The notes: generated from the sequence alone by a model not told the origin. A DNA stretch of 64,000 nucleotides from Eledone cirrhosa (GCA_964016885.1 OZ024742.1:205406001-205470000); one strand, 5' to 3'. Positions 1 to 14,518 are shown, counted from the stretch's first letter. Made by a program: numbers and translations.

Positions 1-3000
1 CTAAATCTAGTCTAAATCTAAGGTAAATCTAAGCTAAATTTAAGCTAAATCTAAGCTAAATCTGAGCTAAATTTAAGGTTAATCTCACCTAAATGTAACT
101 TATATCTAGGCTAAACCTAATCATAATCTAAGCTAAATCTAAGCTAAGTCTAAGCTAAACTTCATCTAAGTCTAAGCTAAATCTAATCTTAATCTAACCT
201 AAATCTAAGCTAAATTTCACCTAAATCTAAGCTAAATCTAAGCTAAATCTAAGTTATATTTCACCTAAATCTAGGCTTAATCTAATCGAAATCTACGCTA
301 AATCTAGTCTAAATCTAAGCTAAATCTAAGGTAAATCTATGCCACATCTCAGCTAAATCTAAGCTAAATCGAAGTCAAATCTAAGCTAAATCTAAGCTAA
401 ATCTCACATAAATCTAAGTCAAATTTAAGCTAAATCTAAGCTGAATCTAAGCTAAATCTAATCTAAATCTAATCTAAATGTAACCTATATCTAAGCTAAT
501 CCTTACCTAAATCTAAGTTAAATGTAAGCTTAATCTAAGATAAATCTAGGCTAATTCTAAGCTAAATCTAAGCTAAATCTCACCTAAATCTGAACTAAAT
601 CTAAGCGAAATCCCAGCTAAATCTAAGCTGAATCTAAGTTAAATATCAGCTAAATCTAAAGTAAATCTAAGCTCAATCTCAAATAATCTAAGCTAAATCT
701 AAACTAAATCTAAGCTAAATCTAAGATAGATCTAAGCTAAATCTAACATAAATCTAAGCTAAATCTTACATAAATCTCAGTCAAATTTAAGCTAAATCTA
801 AGCTGAATCTAAGCTAAATCTAAGCCAAATCTCAGCTAAATCTAAGCTAAATCTAAGTTAAATCTTAGGTAAATATAAAGTAAATCTAAGCTAAATATCA
901 CCTAAATCGAAGCTAAATATAAGCTAAATATTAGCTAAATCGGAGCTAAATGTAAGCTAAATCTAGTCTAAATCTAAGTTAAACCCTGAGCTAAATCCAA
1001 GGTAAATCTCACCAAAATCTCACCTAAATTTCAAGTTAAATCTAGACTAAACCGTAGCATAATCTAAGCTAAATCTAAGCTAAATTTAAGCTAAATCTAA
1101 GCTAAATCTAAGCTCAACCTAAGCTAAATCTCACCTAAATCTAAGTTAAATCTCACTTAAATCGAAGTCAAATCTAACATAAATCTAAGCTATATCTAAG
1201 CTAAATCCTAGATAAACTTCATCTAAATCTAAGCTAGATCTAACATAAATCTATGCTAAATATAGTCTAAATCTAAGCTAAATCTAAGCTAAATCTAAGC
1301 TTAATCTAATCTAAATCTACGCTAAATCTAGTCTAAATCTAAGTCAAATCTGAGCTAAATCTAAGGTAAATCTCACCTAAATCTAAGTTAAATCTAAGCT
1401 AAATCTAATCTAAATCTAAGGTAACTGTAAGCTAAATCTAAGCTAAACCTTACGTAAATCTAAGCTAAATCTAAATTCAATCTAAGATAAATGTAGGCTA
1501 ATTTTAAGCTAAATCTAAGCTAAATCTCACCTAAATCTAAGCTAAATCTAAGCGAAATCTCAGCTAAATCTAAGCTCAATCTCAAATAATCGAAGCTAAA
1601 TCTGAGCTAAATCTAAGTTAAATCTAAGCTAAATTCAATCTAAATCAACGCTAAATCTAGTCTGAATCTAAGCTTAATCTGAGCTAAATTTAAGGTAAAT
1701 CTCACCTAAATGTAAGTTAAATCTAGGCTAAACCTAAGAATAAGCTAAGCTAAATCTAAGCTAAGTCTAAGCTAAAATTCACCTAAATCTCACATAAATC
1801 GAAGTCAAATCTAAACTACATCTAAGCTAAATCTAAGCTAAATCTAAGCTAAATTTAAGCTAAATCCTAGCTAAATCTAAACTAAATCTAAGCTAAATCT
1901 AAGCTAAATCTAACCTAAATCTAGTCTAAATCTAAGCTAAATCTGTGTTAAATCTGAGGTAAATCTCACTTAAATCTAAGTTAAATCTAAGCTAAATCTA
2001 AACTAAATCTGAGCTAAATCTAAGGTAAATCTCAACTAAATCTAAGTTAAATCTAAGATAAATCTAATCTAAATCTAAGGTAAATGTAAGATAAATCTAA
2101 GCTATACCTTACCTAAATCTAAGCTAAATCTAAACTCAATCTAAGATAAATCTGGCTAATTCTAAGCTAAATCTAAGCTAATTCTCACCTAAATATAAGC
2201 TAAATCTAAGCGAAATCCCAGCTAAATCTAAGCTCAATCTCAAATAATCTAAGCTAAATCTGAGCTAAATCTAAGTTAAATCTAAGCTAAATCTAATCTA
2301 AATCTAATCTAAATCTAAGCTAAATCTACGCTAAATCTGAGCTAAATCTAAGTTAAACCTAAGCTAAATCTCACCTAAATCTAAGCTAAATCTCAGATAA
2401 ATCGAAGTCAAATCTAAACTAAATCTAAGCTATATGTAAAGTAAATCTAAGCTAAACTTCATCTAAATCAAAGCTAAATCTAGGCTAAATCTAACATATA
2501 TCTAAGCTAAATCTAGTCTAAATCTAAGCTAAATCTGAGCTAAATCTAAGGTAAATCTCACCTAAATCTAAGTTAAATCTAAGCAAAATCTAAGCTAAAT
2601 CTAAGCTAAATGTAAGCTATATCTAAGCTAAACCTTAGCTAATTCTAAGCTAAATCTAAGCTAAATCTCACCTAAATCTAAGCTAAATCAAAGCGAAATC
2701 CCAGCTAAATCTAAGCTGAATCTAAGCTAAATCTTAGCTAAATCTAATGTAAATCTAAGCTCAATCTCAAATAATCTAAGCTAAATCTAATCTAAATCTA
2801 AGCTAAATCTAAGATATATCTCAGCTAAATCTAACATAAATCTAAGCTAAATCTCACATAAATCTAAGTCTAATTTAAGCTAATCTAAGCTGAATCTAAG
2901 CTAAATCTAATCTAAATCTAAGCTAAATGTAACCTAAATCTAAGCTAAACCTTACCTAAATCTAAGTTAAATGTAAGCTAAATCTAAGATAAATCTAGGC

Positions 3001-6000
3001 TAATTCTAAGCTAAATCTAAGCTAAATCTCACCTAAATCTAAACTAAATCTAAGCAAAATCCCAGCTAAATTTAAGCTGAAACTCAGCTAAATCTACTCT
3101 AAATTTGAGCTAAATCTAAGCTATACCTAAGCTAAATCTAAGCTAAATCTAAGCTAAACCTAAATGAAATCTCACCTAAATCTAAGCTAAATATCACATA
3201 AATCGAAGTCAAATCTAACCTAAATCTAAGATATATCTAAGCGAAATCTAAGCTAAACTTCACCTAAATCTAATCTAAATCTAGGCTAAATCTAACCTAA
3301 ACCTATGCTAAATCTAGTCTAAATGTAAGGTAAATCTAAACTTAATTTAAGCAAAATCTAAGCTAAATCTGAGCTAAATATAAGGTAAATCTCACCTAAA
3401 TCTAAATTAAATCTAGGCTAAACCTAAGCATAATCTAAGCTAAATCTAAGCTAAGTCTAAGCTAAACTTCATCTAAGTCTAAGCTAAATCTAATCTTAAT
3501 CTAATCTAAATCTAAGCTAAATCGAAGCTAAATCTAAGCAAAATCTACGCTAAATCTAAGCTAAATCTACGCTAAATCTAACCTAAATCTAAGCTAAATC
3601 TCACCTAAATCTAAGCTAAATCTAAGATAAATCAAAGCTAAATCTAACCTCAATCTAACCTAAATCTCACATAAATCGAAGTCAAATCTAACCTAAATCT
3701 AAGCTATATTTCACCTAAATCTAAGCTAAATCTAAGCTATATCTAAGCTAAATCTAAGTTAACTTTCACCTAAATCTAAACTTAATCTAATTGAAATCTA
3801 CGCTAAATCTAGTCTAAATCTAAGCTAAATCTAAGGTAAATCTATGCCACATCTCAGCTAAATCTAAGCTAAATCGAAGTCAAATCTAAGCTAAATCTAA
3901 GCTAAATCTCACATAAATCTACGTCAAATTTAAGCTAAATCTAAGCTGAATCTAAGCTAAATCTAATCTAAATCTAAGCTAAACGTAACCTAAATCTAAA
4001 CGTAACCTACATCTAAGCTAAATCTAAGCTAAATCTAAGCTAATTCCTAGCTAAATCTAAACTAAATCTAAGCTAAATCTAAGCTAAATCTAACCTAAAT
4101 CTATGCTAAATCTAGTCTAAATCTAAGCTAAATCTGAGTTAAATCTATGGTAAATCTCACCTAAATCTAAGTTAAATCTAAGCTAAATCTAAGATAAATC
4201 TCACTGAAATCTCACCTAAATCTAGGCTAAACTTCACCTAAATCAAAGCTAAATATAAGCTAAGTCTAATCTAAATTGCAGCTAAGTCTAGTCTAAATAT
4301 GAGTTAAACGCTGAGCTAAATCTAAGGTAAATCTCACCAAAATCTCACCTAAATTTCAAGTTAAATCTAGGCTAAACCTTAGCATAATCTAAGCTAAATC
4401 TAAGCTAAGTCTAAGCTAAACTTCACCTAAATCTAAGCTAAATCTAATCTAAATCTAATCTAAATGTAAGTTAAATCTAAGCTAAAATCTAAGCTAAATC
4501 TAAGCTAAATCTAAGCTAAATCTAAGCTAGATCTCACCTTAATCTAAGCTAAATCTACGCTAAATCTGAGCTAAACCTAAGCTATATCTAAGCTAAATCT
4601 AAGCTAAACTTCATCTAAGTCTAAGCTAAATCTAACATAAATCTATGCTAAATCTAGTCTAAATCTAAGCTAAATCTAAGCTAAATCTAAGCTTAATCTA
4701 ATCTAAATCTACGCTAAATCTAGTCTAAATCTAAGCTAAATCTGAGCTAAATCTAAGGTAAATCTCACCTAAATCTAAGTTAAATCTAAGATAAATCTAA
4801 TCTAAATCTAAGGTAAATGTAAGCTAAATCTAAGCTAAACCCTACCTAAATCTAAGCTAAATCTAAACTCAATCTAAGATAAATCTGGCTAATTCTAAGC
4901 TAAATCTAAGCTAAATCTCACCTAAATATGAGCTAAATCTAAGCGAAATCCCAGCTAAATCTAAGTTCAATCTCAAATAATCTAAGCTAAATCTGAGCTA
5001 AATCTAAGTTAAATCTAAGCTAAACTTCACCTAAATCTAAGCTAAATCTAATCTAAATCTAATCTAAATCTAAGCTAAATCTACTCTAAATTTGAGCTAA
5101 ATCTAAGCTATACCTAAGCTAAATCTAAGCTAAATCTAAGCTAAACCTAAATGAAATCTCACCTAAATCTAAGCTAAATCTCACATAAATCGAAGTCAAA
5201 TCTAACCTAAATCTAAGATATATCTAAGCGAAATCTAAGCTAAACTTCACCTAAATCTAAGATAAATCTAGGCTAAATCTAACCTAAATCTATGCTAAAT
5301 CTAGTCTAAATCTAAGGTAAATCTAAGCTAAATTTAAGCTAAATCCAAGCTAAATCTGAGCTAAATTTAAGGTAAATCTCACCTAAATCTAAATTAAATC
5401 TAGGCTAAACCTAAGCATAATCTAAGCTAAATCTAAGCTAAGTCTAAGCTAAACTTCATCTAAGTCTAAGCTAAATCTAATCTTAATCTAATCTAAATCT
5501 AAGCTAAATCGATGCTAAATCTAAGCAAAATCTACGCTAAATCTAAGCTAAATCTACGCTAAATCTAAGATAAATCAAAGCTAAATCTAACCTCAATCTA
5601 ACATAAATCTCACATAAATCGAAGTCAAATCTAACCTAAATCTAAGCTAAATTTCACCTAAATCTAAGCTAAATCTAAGCTATATCTAAGCTAAATCTAA
5701 GTTAACTTTCACCTAAATCTAAGCTTAATCTAATCGAAATCTACGCTAAATCTAGTCTAAATCTAAGCTAAATCTAAGGAAAATCTATGCCACATCTCAG
5801 CTAAATCTAAGCTAAATCGAAGTCAAATCTAAGCTAAATCTAAGCTAAATCTCACATAAATCTAAGTCAAACTTAAGCTAAATCTAAGCTGAATCTAAGC
5901 TAAATCTAATCTAAATCTAAGCTAAACGTAACCTAAATCTAAGCTAAACCTTACCTAAATCTAAGTTAAATGTAAGCTTAATCTAAGATAAATCTAGGCT

Positions 6001-6345
6001 AATTCTAAGCCAAATCTAAGCTAAATCTCACCTAAATCTGAACTAAATCTAATCGAAATCCCAGCTAAATCTAAGTTGAATCTAAGTTAAATCTCAGCTA
6101 AATCTAAAGTAAATCTAAGCTCAATCTCAAATAATCTAAGCTAAATCTAAACTAAATCTAAGCTAAATCTAAGATAGATCTAAGCTAAATCTAACATAAA
6201 TCTAAGCTAAATCTTACATAAATCTCAGTCAAATTTAAGCTAAATCTAAGCTGAATCTAAGCTAAATCTAAGCCAAATCTCAGCTAAATCTAAGCTAAAT
6301 CTAAGTTAAATCTTAGGTAAATATAAAGTAAATCTAAGCTAAATA
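1..6345. repeat. Satellite array, 11-bp unit CTAAATCTAAG, with higher-order variant structure
   Basis: Continuous degenerate repeats of CTAAATCTAAG. Rare variants recur at fixed offsets: TATGCCACAT at 338, 3843 and 5786; AATCTTAGGT at 861 and 6309. Confidence 0.97.
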
Positions 6346-6545
6346 NNNNNNNNNNNNNNNNNNNNNNNNNNNNNNNNNNNNNNNNNNNNNNNNNNNNNNN
6401 NNNNNNNNNNNNNNNNNNNNNNNNNNNNNNNNNNNNNNNNNNNNNNNNNNNNNNNNNNNNNNNNNNNNNNNNNNNNNNNNNNNNNNNNNNNNNNNNNNNN
6501 NNNNNNNNNNNNNNNNNNNNNNNNNNNNNNNNNNNNNNNNNNNNN
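6346..6545. other. Assembly gap (200 N)
   Basis: Run of exactly 200 N, typical of a scaffolding join. Confidence 0.99.
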
Positions 6546-7690
<1,145 letters not shown>

Positions 7691-7764
7691 CTCTTTTACT
7701 CTTTTACCTGTTTCAGCCATCCGGCTGAGGCCATGCTGGGGCACCGCCCTTGTTGCTACACATT

Positions 7765-10700
7765 TTATCTCCAGCCTGTATAGGTTGGCCACTGGTGTAG
7801 GAGGGAGTTTGTTGCTGCTGCCCTTAGATTTCCCTCGTGTCTTGCTGTGGGCTCATCCGGGATCCTGGATAACAAGGTGTCGAGATGTTTCTTAAAGACA
7901 TCCACCTCCACGTCATGCAAGTCTCGCAGATGCCTCGGCAGCCTATTGAAGAGTTGAGGGCCCTTGAATCCCAGGCTATTGCAATACCTGCTCCTTATTC
8001 TAGATGTGGAAGACGGGACCTTTGGCACCACACAAGTGACGTCCTGTTCGACGGTTGGTCCAGCTCCCAATGCCAAAGTTTGGTGCTAGTCCCTCCAGGA
8101 TTTTCCACATGTAGATCACTGCGTATCTCTCCCGTCTTCGCTCCAAGGAGTAGAGGTTCAGTTCCTTCAGCCTCTCCCAGTAGCTTGTCTCCCTCATCTT
8201 GGCAATCCTCTTGGTGTAGCTTCACTGGATTGCCTCAAGCTCTGTGGTTAGTTTGACACTATGGGGTGACCACAGCTGGGAGCAGTAGTCCAGGCGGCTT
8301 AGGACAAAAGTCCTCCACAGTGTCAACATGGTGTCTCGATCTCTTGTAAGGAAAGTCCTCAAGATCCAGCCTGCGAATCGTCTACATGCTGTCGCCACCT
8401 TCATGATGTGTGAAGAAAAAGATGCATCATCGCTCATGTCTATGCCCAGGTCTCGTATCGATTTTGACTCGGGGATATCGGTCCCTCCTGGTCCTGTGTA
8501 GCTGTGTTCCGCTATATTTGTGTTTGCAGGTTTGTATTGTAGGGCTTGGAATTTGCCAGCATTAAACTGCATGTTGTTTTCTTCCGCCCATCTGTATATG
8601 GCATCCAGATCCTGCTGTAAGAGGGCAGCGTCAGCCGGGTTTTTGATTGCCTGTGCTACCTTAGTGTCATCAGCATAGCTAGTGAGGGATGTTGTTGCAT
8701 GCACCACAGAGGGCATGTCCGAGAGAGCCACCAAAAACAGTAGTGGTCCCAGGACTGTCCCCTGAGGCACCCCACTTGTTATCGGTGTTTCCCTCGAGAG
8801 GGCCCCATTTGCTGCGACTGCCTGGCTTCTGTCCCTCAGGAAGCCATGCAGCCACTCACCTACTTTTCCAGTTATGCCGAGTCCGTGTAGTTCGTGACAT
8901 ATCATTCCGTGGTCGACCTTGTCAAAGGCCTTCGCAAAGTCAAGATATATCACGTCTACATGTGAGCTGTCTAGTAGCTGTCTCAGTACCCAGTCGTAGT
9001 GATGTAGCAGCTGTGTAAGGCAGCTTCTTCCTGGGCGGAAGCCATGTTGCGTGCTAGTCAGGCGGTCATTTTCTTCGAGGAAAGTGATTAGTTTCTTTCT
9101 GACGACTCGCTCCATGACCTTACTGATATGCGACGTCAGGGAGACTGGCCTATAGTTCTTGGCCTCCGCTCTACTACCTCCTTTATGGATAGGGCATATT
9201 GTGCCTTCTTTCAGCTCCCTGGGTAGTACACCGCTAGCCAAGGAGCTTCTGAAGAGCATCTTCAGTGGAGTTGCTAAGGCCCGCTTACATATTTTTAGGA
9301 GAACTGCTGGGAATCCATCAGGTCCAGCAGCCGAGTCTGTTCTAATTTCATCAATGGCGTACACCACATCCTCTTCCGTTATGTCTATGTGGTTGATGGT
9401 TGCCATTTCTTGATGTAGTGTTGTGGCATCAAAGAACTCCTCTGGCTTCGTTATTTGCATGTGCCTCAGTGGACATGTGAAGACACTTTTGTACTGTTCG
9501 TTCAGTATTTCACATATCTCTTGGGGATTTTCGGTTAATGAACCGTCCGTGTGGAAGAGTGGTCCAATCTTGCAGTGTACTGAGGCAGTTTCTTTTGCAA
9601 ATTTAAAGAAGGCCTTAGGGTTTGTTTTAATGTTTTCTATGGCCCTGTTCTCTTTCCTTGCCCTCTCATTCTCATGTGAAAGCTTGAGTGCAATCTCGGT
9701 GTCAAGTAGTGCACGTTTCAAATAGGATTCCTTCTTGTTTTGGTTTTGTTGACTATTCAACTGGTTTGAGAGTTTAGTTCTACGTCTCATAAGGATTTTC
9801 CTATCTCTGGGAATAAGATTTTTGTGTCTGTTTGCCTCTTTCTCCGGGACACACTTTTTGCATATGGTGTGTATCGTTGTCATGAAGTGTTGAAATTGTG
9901 TGTTAGTGTCTTGTGTGGCGATGTTTGCACTCCATGTTTGCTTCCGGATTTCACTCTTAATCTTCTTCCAGTCAGCCCCGTAGAAGTTAAGGCTGGATAG
10001 CGTCCCAGAGCTTCTTGGTGGTTTTGTCTCTGTTGGTTCTCTTGGACCACATATCATTAACTCTACCAAGTTATGATCCGAGAGAATTGTTGGTGTCACC
10101 TTTACATTGTGGATGAGCACTTCGTTGTTTGTAAAACAGAGGTCCAGGACATTTTCGCCTCTTGTTGGGAGGAGTATTGCTTGCTCCATGAACAGCCTGT
10201 GTGTGAGGGCTAGCAGGGATTCCGTCTGTCTCTGTTCTATTGACGTCATTCCAGGGAGGAGGTGGCCCTCAGGCCATTTGACCTTTGGTAGGTTGAAGTC
10301 TCCCAGCAGTAGGATGTTGAGACCCTGGTCCAGTTTGTCAAGGACCTCTTCTATCCTACTTAGGCTATCCTCAAATTTACCCTCATGACTGGGGGCATCG
10401 GGCGGCCGATATGTGACACATATTACCGTCTGTAGTTGCTTCATATGTATTATCAGTGTGTCACAGACTGAGTTTGAATGTGTCAACAGTACAATTGGTG
10501 TGACATCTTCACGGATATACAGAGCAACCCCACCATGAGTTCTCTCCTTCCTGTCCGAACGAAATACAGTATATTTCGGTATATGTATTTCTGCATCTGC
10601 TATACTGCTTGTCAGGTGTGTTTCAGTTAGTGCCATGCATAGTGCTTGATTGCTTATGGCTAAGTCTCCCAGGTAGGAAATTTTACTCATGTTGCTGAGT

Positions 10701-10990
10701 TTCACCAGGCCCCTGACATTCAGCAGCAGCACTGGTGTGACTTTTGGGGTGCCAGTAATGGCTGACGGTATGACACCTGGTCTGGTGTCAGCGGCGGCCA
10801 CTCTGGGTCCCTTAACTGCGGTGGCCTCGAGTGCTGGTGTGGATGACCCTGGCTCTGGAGACGATGCAGCCAGGTCAGCTGTCCCACAATCTTCTCTGCC
10901 ATCACTAAAAAATTTTTCTGATCTGCTGCTGCCATCTGTATCTCGTCGGCATGAGCGTGCCTTCTCCTTGTTGGTGCAGCACGCGCGACA
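7765..10990 (-). pseudogene. LINE ORF2: APE endonuclease + reverse transcriptase (CR1-like), two lesions
   Basis: Endonuclease motifs LLNVRGL, LTETHL, GDFNLP, SDH; RT motifs YRPVSL, QHGFRPGRSC, LDFAKAFDKV, GVPQGTVLGP, YADD; CR1-type C-terminus YWERLKELNLYSLERRR and QLFNRLP. In-frame TGA at 8222-8224 (likely CGA>TGA) and a 1-bp insertion near 8034. Frame is open back to 10990. Confidence 0.93.
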
Positions 10991-11673
10991 TCAGCATACT
11001 TCTGGAGCGGCTTATTTCGGCTTAGGCTGGGGCATGTTGCGCGAGTATGATGGGCATAGTTCGTTTGAGACCTAGGGTGGGCGAATCTGCATCCCATCCC
11101 TGTCTCTCCATGCCAGCATGTCCCGTTCTTGAAAAACTTGCACATTACTTGGGGTTTTTTGCTCCCAGTGTCTCGGTGCTTTCTGTTCTTTCTTTGAACA
11201 GTTGTCCACTGGTCCCTCTGCGCTTGGTTCTCCTTCGGAAGGTGATTTCGCTTTTCACCTTTGCCCTTAGCTTGTTGGTTGCCCGGCCTGCCCTCCCTGC
11301 CTGTAGCGGAGGGTATATCATTTTCTTTCAGGTCCGTGCTTGTGCTCTCCTACTTTTCCTTTTCCCCCTCTTTTTCCTCTTCCTTTTCCCTCTCCTTCTC
11401 CTCATCCCTCCCTTCGGTTTTCTCCTCCCTGAGGACACGGCTTAGCATCGCCATATGAGGCGCTATGAGGACATACGCCTTCTCAATTTCTTTTCTCTTT
11501 CTCTCTATCTGTACCAGGGTCCTCAGAAACCCATGGCTCTTCAGGTTCTCCGCCATCTTTTTGCTTGGTGGAGACCCATCAGCCATAGTCCACCCCTTGA
11601 TCAAAACCGCTAGTTCAATCTTCGACCAGTTTCGCTGACTCCTGATTTCACATTTTTCCTGCATGCAGTCCAT
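10720..11673 (-). pseudogene. LINE ORF1: Myb/SANT-like (trihelix) domain + charged linker + CCCH zinc finger, one premature TAG
   Basis: ATG at 11673. RNWSKIELAVLIKGW...MAENLKSHGFLRTLVQIERKRKEIEKAY fits the trihelix pattern. After the TAG at 11350-11352 the same frame continues (ESTSTDLK...) into CKFFKNGTCWHGETGMGCRFAH and ends at 10720. Confidence 0.75.
10906..10912 (-). promoter_or_regulatory. Candidate -1 ribosomal frameshift heptamer U_UUU_UUA
   Basis: ORF1 reads CAG AAA AAT TTT TTA GTG; a -1 shift enters the ORF2 frame (TTT TTT AGT GAT GGC). A hairpin follows downstream. Confidence 0.6.
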
Positions 11674-11987
11674 TTCGCTGTGGAGGGGAGAAAGAGAGAC
11701 AGTGGGAGGTGTAGGGTAGAGGTTAGAGAGGGACAGAGTGAGGGAGGGAGATAGAGATATAACTCCAGCGAGAGAAAGAGAAAGAGAAACAGAAGAAAAG
11801 AAAAGAAAAGGGGGAGACAGAAGAGGGGAGCGAGAGAGATAGCGGGAAGAGTGGGGGGGGGTCAGAGGGATAGAGAGGAGATAGATAGAGAGAGAGAGAG
11901 AGAGAGAGCTCGTTGATCTAGAGAGAGGGAGAAAGAGAGCTTGTTGATCGAGAGAGAGGGGGGGAGAGAGAGAGAGAGAGAGAGGGG

Positions 11988-12055
<68 letters not shown>

Positions 12056-12628
12056 CAGCGTGAGAACGTGAGCAACAGCAGTTCACAAATACAAAAATAA
12101 ATTTTTAAATTTAAATTTAAATTTAAATTAATGAATGGAAGAAACCGGAAACATAGAGATATAGAAACACGATGTAAATGTCTGTTTACAAATACACGAA
12201 GTTATTGCAATATCAGCATATCATACAAGAAACAACGAAATCGGGTCAAATACAGATAGGATTATACAAAATCAAACAAGATTATATCAAATTAAATTAT
12301 GTTACTCAGAAAAATCAAAATTAATACAAGATCTGCTTAAGTTAAACCAAAATGCTCTGTATGGTAGACAAACAAAAATAGAAAGCACGTGTGTGTGTTG
12401 TCTCCTATGAATGAATCATACGGTGAAAATAAACATGTTCAAAACGGTAATATATGTAAATATACTTCAAAATAATTGCGTCAAAGCACAAAAACTTATC
12501 TTTTTTGTATGTTTTCCTTGTCCTCTGAAGAATTAAAACCATACATAAATCCGATTACTGTTGATTTAAAATATTAAAATTTCAAATCCGGAGAGACGAC
12601 AATTCACGTCTTATACCAACAAGTGCCA

Positions 12629-12755
12629 AGCCTATATATATACATATATATACATATATATATACATATATATATATATACAAATATATACATATATATA
12701 TATACATATATATATATATACATATACATATATATATATACATATATAAATATAC

Positions 12756-12788
<33 letters not shown>

Positions 12789-12887
12789 AATATACATATA
12801 CATATATAAATATACATATATAAATATACATATATATATATACATATATAAATATACATATATATATATATACATATATAAATATAC

Positions 12888-12918
<31 letters not shown>

Positions 12919-13761
12919 AATATACATATACATATATAAATATACATATATAAATATACATATATAAATATACATATATAAATATACATATATATATATA
13001 TACATATATAAATATACATATATATATATATACATATACATATATACATATACACATCTACATATATATACATATATATATATATACATATATACATCTA
13101 CATATACATATATACATCTACATATACATATATACATCTACATATATATACATATATATATATATACATATATACATCTACATATATATATATACATATA
13201 CATATATACATCTACATATATATATATATACATATACATATATATACATATATACATATACATATATACATATACATATATATATATACATATATATACA
13301 TATATATATACATGCATATATATACATATATGTATGTATATATATATACATAGATATATATATACACATATATACACATCTATATATGTATACATATATA
13401 TATACATATATATATATACATATATATATATACATATATATATATACATATATATATATATACATATATATATATACATATATATATACATATATATATA
13501 CATATATATATATATACATATATATATATACATATATATATACATATATATATACATATATATATATACATATATATATACATATATATATACATATATA
13601 TATATACATATATATATATACATATATACATATATATATACATATATATATATACATATATACATATATATACATATATATATACATATATACATATATA
13701 TATACATATATATATATACATATATACATATATATATATATACATATACATATATATATAC

Positions 13762-13850
<89 letters not shown>

Positions 13851-13873
13851 CATATATACATATATATATATAC

Positions 13874-13920
<47 letters not shown>

Positions 13921-14005
13921 TACATATATATACATATATATATATACATATACATATATACATATATACATATACACATATACACATATATACATATACA
14001 CATAT
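12629..14005. repeat. Interrupted (TA)n microsatellite
   Basis: (TA)n with TAC, TAAA and CATC interruptions. Confidence 0.97.
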
Positions 14006-14518
14006 ATCATCATCAACGTTTAACGTCCGTGTTCCACGCTTGCATGGGTTTGGACGGGGGTAGTCCCACTTGAGGCAAGAGTGATTGTCTTGCTCGCATA
14101 GGACTGTCTGGCAGGTTTTCTACAGTTGGATGCCCTTCCTAACACCAACCACATTTACAGTGTGGGTCTGGGAGGTTTTTACCGTGTTGCCTACACGGCC
14201 ACATTACAGCGTGGACTGTGTGTTTTTTTGTCGTGACACCTACACGATCTCATTTGTTTCGGCCTGGATGGCGCGGCACCAACATAACTTTACATAGAAC
14301 GGGGTGGTGTGGATGGGGTGGGGGTGGTGGCGGGACGGGGGTATATTTTGTTAGAGATGCCTACTGGCAAGGCGGGTCTTCTCTGTTACTGAGTACCGCC
14401 AAAGGTCTCGGTCCAGTGACATTGTCTTGGAGAGGTGTAAGTGTGTGAGGTCGGAGTTTATCAGCTCATCCCATGTTTTTCTAGGTCTGCCTATTCCGTG
14501 GCTACCGTCTATCTTTAT
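14006..14518 (-). mobile_element. 5'-truncated RTE-clade LINE (family of the 19.6-23.3 kb copy)
   Basis: Encodes [24 protein letters not shown]; near-identical 3' UTR and (GAT)n tail. Confidence 0.92.

Larger units (their letters stand above)
7691..12085 (-). mobile_element. Near full-length CR1-group LINE (CT-rich 5' UTR, ORF1, ORF2, short 3' tail)
   Basis: Endonuclease + RT ORF2 with an upstream ORF1. The 3' tail GGCGGTGCCCCAGCATGG...GAAACAGGTAAAAGAGTAAAAGAG abuts (TA)n. The 5' boundary is approximate. Confidence 0.9.

Noticed and set aside
8689-11445. Plus-strand ORFs over the CR1 LINE, and antisense ORFs over the RTE copies
   Set aside because: Shadow frames of retroelement coding sequence with no independent motifs.
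11674-12086. S/L-rich N-terminal extensions of ORFs 11350-12075 and 11862-12086
   Set aside because: Translation of the (CT)n-rich 5' UTR.
12086-12628. Unique AT-rich island with CTGAAGA at about 12525 (also islands at 7258-7338 and 59085-59250)
   Set aside because: No hammerhead stems, ORF or termini could be supported; left unclassified.
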